DNA of 64,000 bases, from assembly GCA_963676395.1 (NCBI GenBank), contig OY781066.1, positions 1,216,001 to 1,280,000 of the forward strand, in the 5' to 3' direction. Numbering within the stretch: position 1 is the first letter of the stretch; every line of letters starts with the position of its first letter. The translations under genes were made by a program, and so were the position numbers. The DNA comes from a bacterium. Lineage in GTDB: Bacteria; Fidelibacterota; Fidelibacteria; Fidelibacterales; Fidelibacteraceae. Positions 50,118-58,668 of this stretch are shown here, piece by piece. Below the pieces are notes generated by a model. It was not told the origin of the DNA. It saw nothing but the letters and a program-made list of their open reading frames with translations, and searched no databases.

Positions 50118-50239
50118 CTTACAAATAGCTAAAATCACCGGCTTTTTAAAGAATAAATATATACATCGGTTAAAACGATATTTCCACTCATATCAGATCC
50201 ATCCCAGATTACTTGATTTCAGCCGGCATGCTGATCTTG
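50118..50239 (-). pseudogene. Decayed T9SS-type/FlgD-Ig C-terminal domain remnant
   Basis: Minus-strand translation QDQHAG*NQVIWDGSDMSGNIVLTDVYIYSLK, then AGDF after a frameshift. Confidence 0.6.
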
Positions 50240-50320
50240 GGCGTTCCGGTGTTTTAAATTCGATAATTAATAATTGCAGAGTTTTTTGATATGCCTGTAA
50301 CCGACTTCTAAAAAAACTCT

Positions 50321-50485
50321 TTGCATTTTAAGAGGTGCAAAGCTAAATTTACCAAGGATAAATGTTGAGGAAGTTTTATAAGTATATCGTTTTGTTAAAG
50401 GCAGTTGAAAATAGTTAAATCTTAGGACGCAGGCCTTTAGCATTGTAATAGTTTACCGAACGCTAAAGACCGTTCGGTTTTTTTT
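50321..50485 (+). promoter_or_regulatory. Promoter plus leader-peptide transcription attenuator upstream of uppP
   Basis: TTGCAT-N17-TAAATT promoter, leader ORF 50362-50418, mutually exclusive stems, and terminator ACCGAACG/CGTTCGGT with a T8 run 12 nt before the uppP start. Confidence 0.7.
50362..50418 (+). CDS. Putative 18-aa leader peptide MLRKFYKYIVLLKAVENS
   Basis: AAGGA then ATG just after the predicted transcription start. The ORF overlaps the first pairing segment of the attenuator. Confidence 0.5.
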   Translation: MLRKFYKYIVLLKAVENS

Positions 50486-50497
50486 AAAGGGCAATAA

Positions 50498-51301
50498 GTG
50501 GAATATTTAAAGATCATCATTCTTGCAATTGTACAGGGACTTACCGAATTTTTGCCGGTATCATCTTCGGGGCATCTGGCTATCGCCGAATATCTTTTAG
50601 GCATTGAGTCACCGGGTGTTACCTTGGAAGTGTTTTTACATTTTGGTACGTTTTTGTCTGTTCTTGTGATATTTTGGAAAGATATTGCAAAGATCATTAT
50701 TGCTTTTATTGCAAATTTTTGGAAAGTCTGGAAGTACCCGACTGTGATGAAAGAAAACGAAGACTTTGCCATGGGTATTTATATTATTCTTTCGATGATC
50801 CCTGCCGGTATAGTTGGATTTCTTTTCGAAGATCAGATTGCAGGGTTTTTTGATAATATTGTGATGGTTGGCATTGCACTGATTGTTACCGGGACGGTGT
50901 TGTTTCTTACTCAATGGGCTCAAAAGCAGGAAAAACCATTAAAGGGCTGGAAGGCTGTATTAATGGGTGTTTCACAAGCGATCGCTATTATACCGGGTAT
51001 TTCAAGATCAGGTTCAACCGTGTCGACGGGAATGTTCTTGGGGATGAATAGGGAAAAGGTTGCCAAATTTTCTTTTTTAATGGCGCTTCCCTTGATTTTT
51101 GGCGCTACGCTTATGAAAGCTAAAGAGGCTCTTGGTACTGAAGGTTTTGCCTGGGCCGGAATAATTATTGGTACTTTTACTGCATTCTTGTTTGGCTATT
51201 TTGCCGTGAAATGGTTGCTAAAAGCAATTATTAAAGGCAAGTTATATATGTTTGGCTTTTATTGTTTAGCCTTAGGGTTTCTTGCTATTATTTTTGGATA
51301 A
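50498..51301 (+). CDS. uppP: Undecaprenyl-diphosphate phosphatase (BacA)
   Basis: VQGLTEFLPVSSSGH and PGISRSGST. Confidence 0.97.
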   Translation: MEYLKIIILAIVQGLTEFLPVSSSGHLAIAEYLLGIESPGVTLEVFLHFGTFLSVLVIFWKDIAKIIIAFIANFWKVWKYPTVMKENEDFAMGIYIILSMIPAGIVGFLFEDQIAGFFDNIVMVGIALIVTGTVLFLTQWAQKQEKPLKGWKAVLMGVSQAIAIIPGISRSGSTVSTGMFLGMNREKVAKFSFLMALPLIFGATLMKAKEALGTEGFAWAGIIIGTFTAFLFGYFAVKWLLKAIIKGKLYMFGFYCLALGFLAIIFG

Positions 51302-51303
51302 TT

Positions 51304-52299
51304 ATGAGTTGGTTGACTGATCATGAACAAGCGGTTCGCAGAATTAAGAGTGGAAATTTAAGTCCACTGTATTTTCTGTACGGTAATGATTATTACCTTC
51401 GCGACTCTGCGCTTCAAGCCATTCGCGAAGCGATGAGCGCAAAAGGGATTGTTTATGAATATTCTTTTTATAATGCTGCTGAATTAGATGCAGGCGAATT
51501 GCAGAATCTATTGTTTGGAACATCTTTATTTCAGTCTACGAAATGCTCACTGATATCTAATGTTAAAGCATTATTGCCCTCGGCCAGGAAGATACTGAAT
51601 AATTATCTTAAAAATTTCGATCAGGGTAATGTTCTGGTGTTGTCCGCCGATGAGTATGAAGGAAGAAATGCTTTTTATAAGCGTATCCAAGAATCGGCAA
51701 CAACTTTAATGTGCAATTCACCTTTTGAAAATGAGGTTCCGGCTTGGATAAGACAATATGTTACAAAGCTGGATAGAACGATAGATCCACAAGCCGTTAA
51801 TGAACTTCTGCGATATGTGGGGGCGGATCTTGGTAAGCTGAGTAATGAGCTTGATAAGGTTCATATTTATTTACCAGAGGACAAAGTCATTGAACGGGAA
51901 GATATTCGCAAAGTTAGTGGTTTTTCAAAAACGTATTCTATGGATCAATTGCTTGATGCCTTGGGTAAGAAAAATAAGCGAGCGGCTATAGGGATATCTA
52001 AAAATTTATTGGAAAACGGTGCTTCTGAAGTATATCTTTTGATCGCTATCTATCAATTTCTTTGGAAACTTACTATGCTAAAAGATCCTCGATTGGTAAA
52101 TGACTCTGAGTTGGGAAAAAAAGTTCGGATATATCGTCCACGACAACTTGATGAACTGAAAGCCGTCGCTGTACGATATACTCTTGCTCAATTGAGAAGC
52201 GGAATTTCGGCTTTAGTAGCGGCAGACCGCCGGGTTAAAACCTCATCTTGCGATTCACTTTCAAACCTAATGATCACCCTTGAAGGAATACTTGCCTGA
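51304..52299 (+). CDS. holA: DNA polymerase III subunit delta
   Basis: PLYFLYG-x-D-x-Y, SLF, WI...VGADL-x-x-L-x-NELDK and D-x-x-VK. Start at ATG 51304. Confidence 0.88.
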   Translation: MSWLTDHEQAVRRIKSGNLSPLYFLYGNDYYLRDSALQAIREAMSAKGIVYEYSFYNAAELDAGELQNLLFGTSLFQSTKCSLISNVKALLPSARKILNNYLKNFDQGNVLVLSADEYEGRNAFYKRIQESATTLMCNSPFENEVPAWIRQYVTKLDRTIDPQAVNELLRYVGADLGKLSNELDKVHIYLPEDKVIEREDIRKVSGFSKTYSMDQLLDALGKKNKRAAIGISKNLLENGASEVYLLIAIYQFLWKLTMLKDPRLVNDSELGKKVRIYRPRQLDELKAVAVRYTLAQLRSGISALVAADRRVKTSSCDSLSNLMITLEGILA

Positions 52300-52300
52300 T

Positions 52301-52882
52301 ATGGAAAAAGAAAAACTTAAATATACTGATGAAGAACTGGTTAAGCGATTTCAACAAGGCGATCAACGCGCTTACATTGAGTTGGTTAAACGCTATAAAG
52401 ATCGTTTGTTGAACTTTGTTTTTCGTTATTTAAATTCTTATGAACAATCTGAAGATGTTGTTCAGGATACCTTAATGAAGCTGTACACATCGGCGCATAT
52501 GTATCGTGAAATAGCAAAATTTTCTACCTGGATATTTACTATTGCCGCCAATTTGGCGAAATCCGAATTGCGACGACAAAAAAGAAGGCGTGTCATATCT
52601 ATCCATAGCATGGGCTTTGACGATAAAGAATATGAGATTCCTTCGGAAGATTATAGTCCGGAGAAAGAAACAACATCAAATTATGGAGAAAAACAGATCC
52701 AACAGGCTATTGATACTTTACCGGATCAGTTTAAAACAGTGATAATCTTACGAGAGGTTCAACAACTATCATATGAAGAGATCTCCCAAATATTGGGTAT
52801 TTCAATAGGGACGGTAAAAAGTAGGATTAATAGAGGTCGATTAAGATTGCAAAAAATGTTAAAAGAATTAAAGGAACAATAA
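52301..52882 (+). CDS. ECF RNA polymerase sigma factor
   Basis: DEELV...GD-x-x-AY, EDVVQD, FSTWIFTIA-x-N and SYEEI...GTVKSRINRGR. Confidence 0.95.
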   Translation: MEKEKLKYTDEELVKRFQQGDQRAYIELVKRYKDRLLNFVFRYLNSYEQSEDVVQDTLMKLYTSAHMYREIAKFSTWIFTIAANLAKSELRRQKRRRVISIHSMGFDDKEYEIPSEDYSPEKETTSNYGEKQIQQAIDTLPDQFKTVIILREVQQLSYEEISQILGISIGTVKSRINRGRLRLQKMLKELKEQ

Positions 52883-52889
52883 TTTTTTC

Positions 52890-52914
52890 GGAACATTTCA
52901 GTCATTGATTGTTT
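52890..52914 (+). promoter_or_regulatory. Putative ECF-sigma promoter of the anti-sigma gene
   Basis: GGAAC-N16-GTTT in the sigma/anti-sigma gap. Confidence 0.5.
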
Positions 52915-52958
52915 TATAAGTGGCGTTAAGAAAAAAATGACGGAGGTATTGCGTATAG

Positions 52959-53501
52959 ATGGATTGTTATAGTTTTGATAAGATCATGTCTGATTATATC
53001 GATGCTAGTCTGAGCGTAAAACAGAGACAGGAAGCGGATCAACATTTAAGCGTATGTAGTCGCTGCTCAGCTAAGCTTGTTGATATGAAAAGTATACTCA
53101 CAGGATTGAGGGCACTTCCTCAAGCAAAGACAAGCAACGATTTCGAGTCCAAGCTTATGGATCGGATTGCCAATGAAAAAGAGCCGGGAGAAAGTCGTTT
53201 TATCCGCGTTTTTCAGGATTATTCACGACCGATTTCTGTGGTAGCTGCTGTTTTTCTCTTGGTGGCGACATCGATCTTTGTTTACACATCGGTTGTTATC
53301 CCCAATGCAAATGGTTCTTTGCCGACAGCGGAGATAAGATCAACCGCACCTGTAAATACCATGCAGGCACCCATGAATGTTGCAGCTTCAGCTCAGTCGG
53401 CGATGGCAAAGACAAAGTCTGAATCTGTGGTTCCGGATTCCAATAAAACGGAGCTTCCCAATTATAATCAGCAGATTATGATGGTAAATGAGAATAAATA
53501 A
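52959..53501 (+). CDS. Zinc-binding (zf-HC2/ZAS) anti-sigma factor
   Basis: M-x-C...YID...H-x-x-x-C-x-x-C with a single TM helix, downstream of the ECF sigma. Confidence 0.9.
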   Translation: MDCYSFDKIMSDYIDASLSVKQRQEADQHLSVCSRCSAKLVDMKSILTGLRALPQAKTSNDFESKLMDRIANEKEPGESRFIRVFQDYSRPISVVAAVFLLVATSIFVYTSVVIPNANGSLPTAEIRSTAPVNTMQAPMNVAASAQSAMAKTKSESVVPDSNKTELPNYNQQIMMVNENK

Positions 53502-53561
53502 TTTGCAATTGAGGAATTTATCCTTATATTTGCCCGCAATTAAAAGAGCGGAGGAACAAAA

Positions 53562-53753
53562 ATGGCAAGACCACAATCATTCGGAGCTAAGATAGCTAAC
53601 CGTGAAAAGGAAGGTAATACCTGTCCCACATGCGGAGAACAGATTTCATATGTTAAGCATTATGCAAGCGTAAAAACTGCTGCTGACGGTACTAAATTTA
53701 AACAAAAAGTTGTTGGTATCTGCGGTTGCAATAAAAAAGAATATATGGGCTAG
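53562..53753 (+). CDS. Small basic four-Cys protein, DUF4295/bL38-like candidate
   Basis: Own promoter, GGAGG SD and terminator, with CPTC...CGC. The family call is by eye. Confidence 0.7.
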   Translation: MARPQSFGAKIANREKEGNTCPTCGEQISYVKHYASVKTAADGTKFKQKVVGICGCNKKEYMG

Positions 53754-53775
53754 AGCTAAGCTTTTATAAAGATTG

Positions 53776-53800
53776 AACCCCGGCTGTCCGGGGTTTTTTT
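53776..53800 (+). terminator. Intrinsic terminator
   Basis: AACCCCGG-CTGT-CCGGGGTT followed by a T-run. Confidence 0.88.
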
Positions 53801-53981
53801 ATGCGATCAATTTTTAAGTAGAACCTACGTTGTACTTTGTATATCTGTTAATCAGCGATTACACATAAGGCACTTTTCACTTTTACAAGCATTTGTCTTT
53901 CACTATATTAATTAGTCTTTAAAGTATTTTAAATTTACAAGCGGGTATAAAAAGTACCAAAAATTGCAGAAGGAGATAGCG

Positions 53982-54926
53982 ATGAAAAAAATTGTTTTAA
54001 TATTATTATCTTTAATTTTGACAGCTTTGTTGCTTAGTGGTTGTTTTTTGTTTCCAGATGGTGGCAAACGTATAGATGGTATGGTTTTTCTTGAAGGTGG
54101 CGTTTTTACCATGGGAGATGTATGGGATGGTGGAGATACCTTAAGAGTAACGGTATCTTCATTCTATATTGGTGAAAAAGAAGTTCAGATCCATGAAATA
54201 TTGGATTGGCTTAAAGATGAAAATGTCCCGGCAAATGGTGAGATTGACGGCGTTGAAGTTGTAGATTTTGGTAATAATTCATGCTATAATTTTGATGGAA
54301 CAATTTATACTTTTAACTCAAACGATTATTTTAAATCTGAAATGGCCGCAGCAGGAGAGATTTCTTGGGTGGGCGCTTGCTATTTTTGTAATTGGAAATC
54401 AAAACAGGACGGTCGTGATACGGTCTATACTATTAACGGGTCAACAGTAACGGCTGATTTTTTAAAAAACGGTTATCGATTACCCACAGAAGCTGAATGG
54501 GAATATGCGGCAAGAGCCGGAGGCTCAAAAGATAATAAATATGCAGGAACCAATGATGTTGCAGAGCTAATAAATTATGCTTGGTATGATCCAAACTCGG
54601 AAGACTTGGGTACTCAACACGCAAATTATGGTGTTCATGTTCCGGGTGAGAAACTTGATAATGGTGTTGGTATATATGATATGTCAGGTAATTTATTTGA
54701 ATATGTTTGGGATTGGTATGCACGCTTTCCCGCAAGTACACAGCTGAACTATACCGGTCCGATAACAAAACCTCTATTGGCGTTCAAGGTTATAAAGGGA
54801 GGTGGCTGGTGTTATAGTAGTGGATCTCAAACGGTATATTATCGCGGTAATTTAACTGTTTCAACCTTATCCGGGGCCATTATTGGATTCCGCTTAGCAT
54901 GTTCTGCGTGGGATATTGACAACTAA
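53982..54926 (+). CDS. FGE-sulfatase (SUMF1/GldK-like) domain lipoprotein
   Basis: Lipobox LSGC, GGVFTMG, YRLPTEAEWEYAAR, YDMSGN-x-x-E and GFRL. Start at MKKIV (53982). Confidence 0.9.
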   Translation: MKKIVLILLSLILTALLLSGCFLFPDGGKRIDGMVFLEGGVFTMGDVWDGGDTLRVTVSSFYIGEKEVQIHEILDWLKDENVPANGEIDGVEVVDFGNNSCYNFDGTIYTFNSNDYFKSEMAAAGEISWVGACYFCNWKSKQDGRDTVYTINGSTVTADFLKNGYRLPTEAEWEYAARAGGSKDNKYAGTNDVAELINYAWYDPNSEDLGTQHANYGVHVPGEKLDNGVGIYDMSGNLFEYVWDWYARFPASTQLNYTGPITKPLLAFKVIKGGGWCYSSGSQTVYYRGNLTVSTLSGAIIGFRLACSAWDIDN

Positions 54927-54961
54927 GGATTTTTAGACAATAATTGGTTTTTAATTAAAAT

Positions 54962-54987
54962 ATAGCCTCGAGAGATCGAGGCTTTTT
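54962..54987 (+). terminator. Intrinsic terminator
   Basis: AGCCTCGA-GAGA-TCGAGGCT followed by TTTT. Confidence 0.8.
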
Positions 54988-55146
54988 ATATACAAAAAAG
55001 AAAAGTAAAAAATATTATTTAGATGAATATTGTTTAATAAACACATTGATTTGTCCCTTGTTTGTTTCAATGTTGAATATTGAACAAGGACTTCCGATTT
55101 CCGATTACTACTTTTTTTCGACTGTATTATTCCTTATTATTACAAG

Positions 55147-56727
55147 ATGTACAAAAGATCAAAATATTTTACTGTTATTGTTGTTGTTTTTCTGCTTTCT
55201 TGCACTCAGCAGGAGCTTATAGATGATACTCCAAAGAAAAAAGAGATTGAAAAATATCCTACTAAAAGTATTACCCATTTTATGTACGGTGAGATATATC
55301 GAAGTAGTGGAAATTACACTTACGCAAATTTAGAATATAAACGAGCTTTAGAGTATGATACTACCGTGACAATTTTAAATGCCATTGGTGAATCATACAT
55401 TGCATTGGGAAAACCTAATCAAGCTTCGGATTATTTTGAAAAAGCTCTGGGATTGGATCCCAATGACGAAATTGCGGGTTTGAATGTGATAGATCTTTAT
55501 ATGAAGAATCAAAGATACGAAGAAGTGATTCCTCTTTTAGAGGCAAAATTGAAAATTGACCCCGATATTCCAGAATATATGCAGTGGTTGGCTGAAGCTT
55601 ATCGTGGCGTTAAGGATTATGCTTCGTCGATTAGCATTCTTGATAAAATGATAATAATTACTAAGGATTATCCTTGGCCTTATATCTTTGCCGCGGAAGT
55701 CAAGTTGGAAGAAAATAAAATTGCCGAAGCGGCTCCATATTTGGAAAAAGTCGCTCGAAGAGTACCGCAAAACGAAGAACTTTATGAGTTTTGGATAAGG
55801 TCACTCTTTGAAAGTAATAATATTGAGGGAATGCTTTCGGCTTTGGAGTTCTGGCTTGATAAAAAACCTGAAACACTTTCGCCATATTTTTTATATATAG
55901 ATTATCAGCTACGTTTTGAAAAATATGATGAAGCGAATCGAGTATTGGACCATATTAAAGGTCGTTGGCAAGAAGATAGTAGAATTAGCTATTTTCAGGG
56001 GCTATCAAAAATGGTTGAAGATGATGCTGATAGCGTTTGGTTTTATTTTGAGCGTGCACATAAAGCTAAAGATACCACGATGGATCTGTATTTGAATTAT
56101 GGAATATGGTTCTGGGAAAAAGAATATTTTGATAATGCAGATTTGATATGTGATCTTGCGATTGATAAATTTGGCCCCAGCACTCAATGGCTGCATATGA
56201 AAGCCATGATAAATGCGCAACGGGGAAGATATGAAGTAGCCGAATATTTATTAGAGATGGCATTGTCTGCAGATACACTAAATGTTAATATTATGGAAGA
56301 TCTTGCGAATGTTTACGTCGACCTTAACAAAGGTGATCAGAGCGTACATTTGTATGAAAAGGTTTTGGCGGCTTTGCCTGAGAACCGCAGCATTTTAAAT
56401 AATTATGCTTTTGTGTTATCTCGTTTGGATAGAGATCTGGATAAGGCCATGAAAATGGTTAATCAAGCATTGAAAAAAGAAAAAAGTGCCGCATTCTGTG
56501 ATACGAAAGCATGGATATTATATCGGCAGAAAAAATATAAACGAGCGTTGATCTGGATTGAAAAAGCGCTGAAATACCAAGATATAGGTGCGGATTTATT
56601 TTATCATAAAGGTGAAATATTAAAAGCGATGGGCATGATGGATGATGCAAAAGAAGCATATAATAAAGCTTTGTCAATGAACCCTGATTACCCCGAAGCC
56701 ATGAATGCACTGGAGGACATAAAATAA
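55147..56727 (+). CDS. TPR-repeat lipoprotein
   Basis: Lipobox LLSC, multiple TPRs, and C-terminal LNNYA...DT-x-AWILY. Confidence 0.88.
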   Translation: MYKRSKYFTVIVVVFLLSCTQQELIDDTPKKKEIEKYPTKSITHFMYGEIYRSSGNYTYANLEYKRALEYDTTVTILNAIGESYIALGKPNQASDYFEKALGLDPNDEIAGLNVIDLYMKNQRYEEVIPLLEAKLKIDPDIPEYMQWLAEAYRGVKDYASSISILDKMIIITKDYPWPYIFAAEVKLEENKIAEAAPYLEKVARRVPQNEELYEFWIRSLFESNNIEGMLSALEFWLDKKPETLSPYFLYIDYQLRFEKYDEANRVLDHIKGRWQEDSRISYFQGLSKMVEDDADSVWFYFERAHKAKDTTMDLYLNYGIWFWEKEYFDNADLICDLAIDKFGPSTQWLHMKAMINAQRGRYEVAEYLLEMALSADTLNVNIMEDLANVYVDLNKGDQSVHLYEKVLAALPENRSILNNYAFVLSRLDRDLDKAMKMVNQALKKEKSAAFCDTKAWILYRQKKYKRALIWIEKALKYQDIGADLFYHKGEILKAMGMMDDAKEAYNKALSMNPDYPEAMNALEDIK

Positions 56728-57629
56728 TGGATGTGTCAATTGTAGTTCCTGCATATAATGAAGAAGGGACGATAAAAGAACTAGCAAAACAGATACTTGC
56801 TGTTTGCAAGAAAGAAGACCTGAGTTGTGAGATTCTGTTTATTAATGATGGTTCAACAGATGCAACAACACAATACTGTGATGAACTTTCTGAAAAGTAT
56901 GAAAATATTTCACATATTCATTTTCATCGCAATAAAGGAAAAGCAGCTGGGTTGCAAGCCGGTTTCGATGCGGCCGAAGGTGATTTTGTTATTACAATGG
57001 ATGCGGACCTTCAAGATGACCCCAAGGAGATCCCCGGATTGGTTGCTAAATTAAAAGAGGGTTGGGATATTGTTTCCGGTTGGAAGAAAAAGCGGCACGA
57101 TCCTATCACAAAACGCTGGCCGTCAAAATTGTTTAATTGGGCGGCACGAGTAATGTCCGGGATTAAAATCCACGATTTTAATTGTGGTTTAAAAGCTTAT
57201 CGCAAAGAGGTTGTTAAATCTGTTAAAATTTATGGTGAAATGCACCGTTGGATTCCCGTTTTAGCAAAAGTTGAAGGTTTTAAAACCACGGAAATGGTTG
57301 TAACTCATCATCCACGCACATCCGGTGTAAGTAAATATGGTTTCGAACGAACTTTCAAAGGTTTCTTTGATTTTGTGACTATTTTCTTTTTATCTCGTTT
57401 TACAATGCGTCCGATGCACTTTTTTGGTTTTTTCGGCTTGTTGTCGGCGACAGCAGGTGTTGTTGTTGAGATACTTGTGCTAATTTATAAATACGCTTAT
57501 GGACATTCTTTTCAATCGCATTTAGCCATGTTGATATTGGGTGTTTTGCTTATTGTTTTGGGTGTACAGCTTTTTTCGATCGGTTTGATCGGTGAAATGA
57601 TCGTTTATCAATCAAAAAAGAAAAGGTAA
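56727..57629 (+). CDS. Polyprenol-phosphate glycosyltransferase (GT2, ArnC/GtrB-like)
   Basis: VVPAYNEE, NDGSTD, TMDADLQDDP, DFNCGLKAY, HR-x-IP and two C-terminal TMs. Confidence 0.93.
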   Translation: MDVSIVVPAYNEEGTIKELAKQILAVCKKEDLSCEILFINDGSTDATTQYCDELSEKYENISHIHFHRNKGKAAGLQAGFDAAEGDFVITMDADLQDDPKEIPGLVAKLKEGWDIVSGWKKKRHDPITKRWPSKLFNWAARVMSGIKIHDFNCGLKAYRKEVVKSVKIYGEMHRWIPVLAKVEGFKTTEMVVTHHPRTSGVSKYGFERTFKGFFDFVTIFFLSRFTMRPMHFFGFFGLLSATAGVVVEILVLIYKYAYGHSFQSHLAMLILGVLLIVLGVQLFSIGLIGEMIVYQSKKKR

Positions 57630-57631
57630 CA

Positions 57632-58657
57632 ATGTCTCGGTTTCCTTATAGATTTTCAGTTATTGTTCCAACATATAATCGTCTGGATGAGATTAGTGAG
57701 TTGTTGGGTTCTTTGGAAAAGCAATTGTTACCCAAAGAAAAATTTGAAGTGATCATTGTAGATGATGGCTCTACTGACGCTACCGAAGAATATATTCTTG
57801 AAATGATCAAGAAAGAATCATTGAACCTTTCCTTTTACAAGCAAGACCACAAAGGGCCCGGTCCTGCACGAAATACAGGCATGGAAAAAGCCCGAGGCGA
57901 GTATTATGTTTTTGTCGACAGCGATTGTATTGCTCATGAAAATTGGTTAAAAGCTTATGATGATACCCTTGTAAAACCTGTGGCCGGATTTGGTGGTCCC
58001 GATAAAACAAGATCAGATTTTTCACCCTTACAAAAAGCTATTGATTATTCTATGACATCATTTTTGACAACCGGAGGTATACGGGGTTCGTCTAAGAAAA
58101 AGATATCAAAATATTATCCGCGATCATTTAATATGGGCGTTCATGCGGATGTGGTTGCAAAAATCGGTGGATTTGGCACTCTTCGTCACGGTCAGGATAT
58201 TGAGTTTACTCATAGGATCCGTTCACAGGGTGAAACCATCAAAGTATTAGATGCTATTGTATACCATAAACGTCGAACCTCGCTATGGCGCTTTTTTAAG
58301 CAGGTATACAATTGGGGTGTTGCACGTATAAATTTATATAAGATCGATAAAGGAATGTTGGAATTTATACATTTTTTTCCCTTTCTTGCAACCTCTGCCA
58401 TTATTGCTTTTTTGATCTGTCTGGCAATTTGGCCGGCAATTCTTTGGCCGGTGCTTGCAACAGGAGTCGGGGCTTTGCTTCTTATGGCGATACATGGGAT
58501 ATTTAAATTCAAAGATATTCGAGTGTTCATTTTTATTCCTTTTGTTGTACCAATTCAGATCCTTGGTTATGGGCTGGGTTTCGGTGCAGCATTTATTCGT
58601 CGAATTGTATTTGGCGGTGGACAAAAAACAGGATTTGTTAAAAACTATTATAAGTAA
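57632..58657 (+). CDS. Family 2 glycosyltransferase with C-terminal TMs
   Basis: IVPTYNR, VDDGS, GPGPARN, FVDSDC, PRSFNMG and VYHKRR. Confidence 0.92.
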   Translation: MSRFPYRFSVIVPTYNRLDEISELLGSLEKQLLPKEKFEVIIVDDGSTDATEEYILEMIKKESLNLSFYKQDHKGPGPARNTGMEKARGEYYVFVDSDCIAHENWLKAYDDTLVKPVAGFGGPDKTRSDFSPLQKAIDYSMTSFLTTGGIRGSSKKKISKYYPRSFNMGVHADVVAKIGGFGTLRHGQDIEFTHRIRSQGETIKVLDAIVYHKRRTSLWRFFKQVYNWGVARINLYKIDKGMLEFIHFFPFLATSAIIAFLICLAIWPAILWPVLATGVGALLLMAIHGIFKFKDIRVFIFIPFVVPIQILGYGLGFGAAFIRRIVFGGGQKTGFVKNYYK

Positions 58658-58668
58658 TTGGAGTCAAA

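Noticed and set aside
50095..50289. 64-aa plus-strand ORF
   Set aside because: No SD or motif. The opposite strand explains the region better as a decayed CTD.
50396..50460. AAGGCA/GGACGCA/TTACCGA words recalling c-di-GMP-I in the uppP leader
   Set aside because: No GNRA-capped P2 or receptor stem. The uORF attenuator model accounts for the pairings better, though an Rfam scan is still advised.
53982..54926. Active formylglycine-generating enzyme or DGR target
   Set aside because: Lacks the paired catalytic cysteines of FGE. No reverse transcriptase or template repeat is visible in the window.
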